Source: Pseudomonadota bacterium (lineage in GTDB: Bacteria; Pseudomonadota; Gammaproteobacteria; Xanthomonadales; SZUA-38). Taken from it: a stretch of 64,000 nucleotides of DNA. Below are positions 62,392 to 64,000 of this stretch, piece after piece. The DNA is taken from contig JBCCVP010000010.1 in the NCBI GenBank assembly GCA_039195135.1, positions 1,215 to 65,214 of the forward strand. The letters run 5' to 3'. Each line of letters begins with the position of its first letter. Position 1 is the stretch's first letter. The translations under genes and the position numbers were made by a program. The notes beneath the pieces were generated by a model. It was not told the DNA's origin. It was given only the letters and a program-made list of their open reading frames with translations, and made no database searches.

Positions 62392-62961
62392 TTGACCATG
62401 ACCACGCCGCCCACCCAATCCTCACGCCTGTCCCAAGCATGGCAGGTCGTCAAGGAACGGCCGGAGCTGTGGTTCATCCTCCTGCTGATTGTTTTTGCGC
62501 GCCTGGTGCCGCATCCGTGGAACGTAACGCCGATTGGCGCCACCGCCGTATTTGCCGGAGCCTGGCTCAATCCCCGCTGGTCGTGGGCGGTGGCGCTTGT
62601 GCCGCTGGCCATTGGCGATCTCCTGATCGGGGGCTACAACTGGGTGGCCATGCTGTTTGTGTACCTGGGCTTTGCCGGCACCGCGCTCGCGGGCTACGGC
62701 TGGCTGGGCCGCCGCCGCACCCTCGCCCGGGGCGCCGGCGCGGTGGTGAGTGGATCGCTGTTCTTTTTTCTGTCCTCAAATTTCGGCGTCTGGGCGGCAG
62801 GCTACTATCCGCCCACCTGGGCTGGTCTCGTGGAGTGCTACGTCAAGGGGCTGCCCTATCTCAGCAACACGCTGGCCGGCGACGCGGTTTACACCGCGCT
62901 GTTCTTCGGCGTGTTCTACGCCGTCCGCCAGGCGACAAATCGGCCCGCGGCCAGCGCCTGA
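62392..62961 (+). CDS. DUF6580-family putative transport protein (ECF S-component/BtuM-like)
   Basis: RLVPHPWNVTPIGA, FFLSSNFGVW and GLVECYVKGLPY; about 6 TM helices in 189 aa. Confidence 0.8.
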   Translation: MTMTTPPTQSSRLSQAWQVVKERPELWFILLLIVFARLVPHPWNVTPIGATAVFAGAWLNPRWSWAVALVPLAIGDLLIGGYNWVAMLFVYLGFAGTALAGYGWLGRRRTLARGAGAVVSGSLFFFLSSNFGVWAAGYYPPTWAGLVECYVKGLPYLSNTLAGDAVYTALFFGVFYAVRQATNRPAASA

Positions 62962-63000
62962 CCGGACGCCCCGGCCCGGGACCCGGCACAGCTTCGACCC

Positions 63001-63915
63001 GTGCGAATCGTAACGCTGCTCCCCAGCGCCACCGACCTGGTGCTTGCCCTCGGTCAGGGCGACAACCTGGTTGGCATCTCCCACAGCTGCGACGGACCTG
63101 CGCTCCTTGACGGTCTACCCCGCCTCACGAGCACCTCGGTGCCCCAGGGTGACAGTCAAGTCATCGATGATTACGTGCGGGACCACCTTGAGACCCACAG
63201 CGCGCTTTATCAGCTGGACCTTGAGGGCCTGGAGGCGGCAAAACCCGATGTGGTGCTCTCCCAGGGCCTCTGTGAGGTTTGTGCGGTGGCCACCGGCGAC
63301 GTCGTGGAAGCGGTGCAGGGCCTTTCCAGTCGGCCGCAGCTGGTCGACCTCAACCCATTCCGGCTGGAAGACATCTTTGATGACCTCGCGAAGCTTGGGG
63401 AAGTGCTGGGCTGTGCTGACCATGCCGCCGCAGTGGTCCAGACGCTTAAGTTGCGAGTGCAACGCGTTGCGGCCATCACAAAGGATCTGCCGCGCCGTCG
63501 GGTTGCCTTTCTGGAGTGGCTGATGCCGCTGTTTAACGGGGGTCACTGGAACCCGGAGCTGGTGCAGCTGGCCGGCGGGGAGGACCTGACCGGTAGCCTG
63601 GGGCAACCTTCCTCGACCCTGTCGTGGGAGCAGCTGGAGGCCGCAGATGCCGAGCTGCTGCTGGTGGCCTGCTGCGGCTACCGTGTGCCCCGCACCCGGG
63701 AGGATCTTGAAGCGCTCGGTCGGGAGGCGCGCTGGAACCAGCTGCGCGCGGTGCGCGATGGGCAGGTGTTCATGGCTGACGGTCAGGCCTACTTTGCCCG
63801 GCCCGGCCCAAGCGTCGTGGAGGCACTGGAACGCCTGGCGGCGACCCTGCATCCCGATCATTTCTCAGCAGAGCCGTTTGAGCGCTTTGCCGGCGCGGGC
63901 GCTATCGCTACCTGA
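63001..63915 (+). CDS. Cobalamin-binding-family (BtuF-like) protein, Cys-rich, no signal peptide
   Basis: Starts directly at MRIVTLLPSAT, then GISHSCD, QGLCEVCAV, GGHWNPE, ACCG and YFARPGP. Confidence 0.85.
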   Translation: MRIVTLLPSATDLVLALGQGDNLVGISHSCDGPALLDGLPRLTSTSVPQGDSQVIDDYVRDHLETHSALYQLDLEGLEAAKPDVVLSQGLCEVCAVATGDVVEAVQGLSSRPQLVDLNPFRLEDIFDDLAKLGEVLGCADHAAAVVQTLKLRVQRVAAITKDLPRRRVAFLEWLMPLFNGGHWNPELVQLAGGEDLTGSLGQPSSTLSWEQLEAADAELLLVACCGYRVPRTREDLEALGREARWNQLRAVRDGQVFMADGQAYFARPGPSVVEALERLAATLHPDHFSAEPFERFAGAGAIAT

Positions 63916-64000
63916 GACACAGCCGATCGCCGGCGCGAGCGATGCCGAAACCCGCCCAGGCTTTGCAGCGCATGTTTTCATCACCCGGACAGCTTAGCGC

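Overview
High-GC proteobacterial chromosome segment; the gene and motif content suggests a Xanthomonadales/Wenzhouxiangella-like gammaproteobacterium (inference). It is densely coding, with about 52 genes and one tRNA-Arg(CCT). I saw no prophage, integrase, IS transposase, CRISPR array or rRNA. Recognisable blocks: (1) a carotenoid/stilbene-type cleavage dioxygenase cluster with nitronate monooxygenase, an atypical thiolase and an acyl-CoA ligase; (2) an AT-richer LysR/orphan SBP/DUF5519 patch beside the tRNA, ending in an aldo-keto reductase remnant; (3) a cluster of secreted proteins at 11.9-19.5 kb that share a C-terminal [IL]Fx[DN][GS]FE motif or a second 'GxxxDxxxxGxG' terminal module; (4) a BtuF-like/TetR/icmF operon with a clear promoter-operator; (5) tamAB, yajQ and a GntR-ABC exporter operon; (6) c-di-GMP proteins including an HD-less HD-GYP; (7) rnd, ribA, ilvD, trxB and an M1 peptidase operon; (8) a DUF6580 transporter with a second signal-less BtuF-like protein. 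A GGGTCAGACC-type REP family is present, including one 187-bp REPIN/MITE-like element. The best leads are a putative C-terminal sorting tag system for secreted proteins and a possible cytoplasmic cobalamin uptake/relay route. All calls come from reading motifs by eye; no database search was run.
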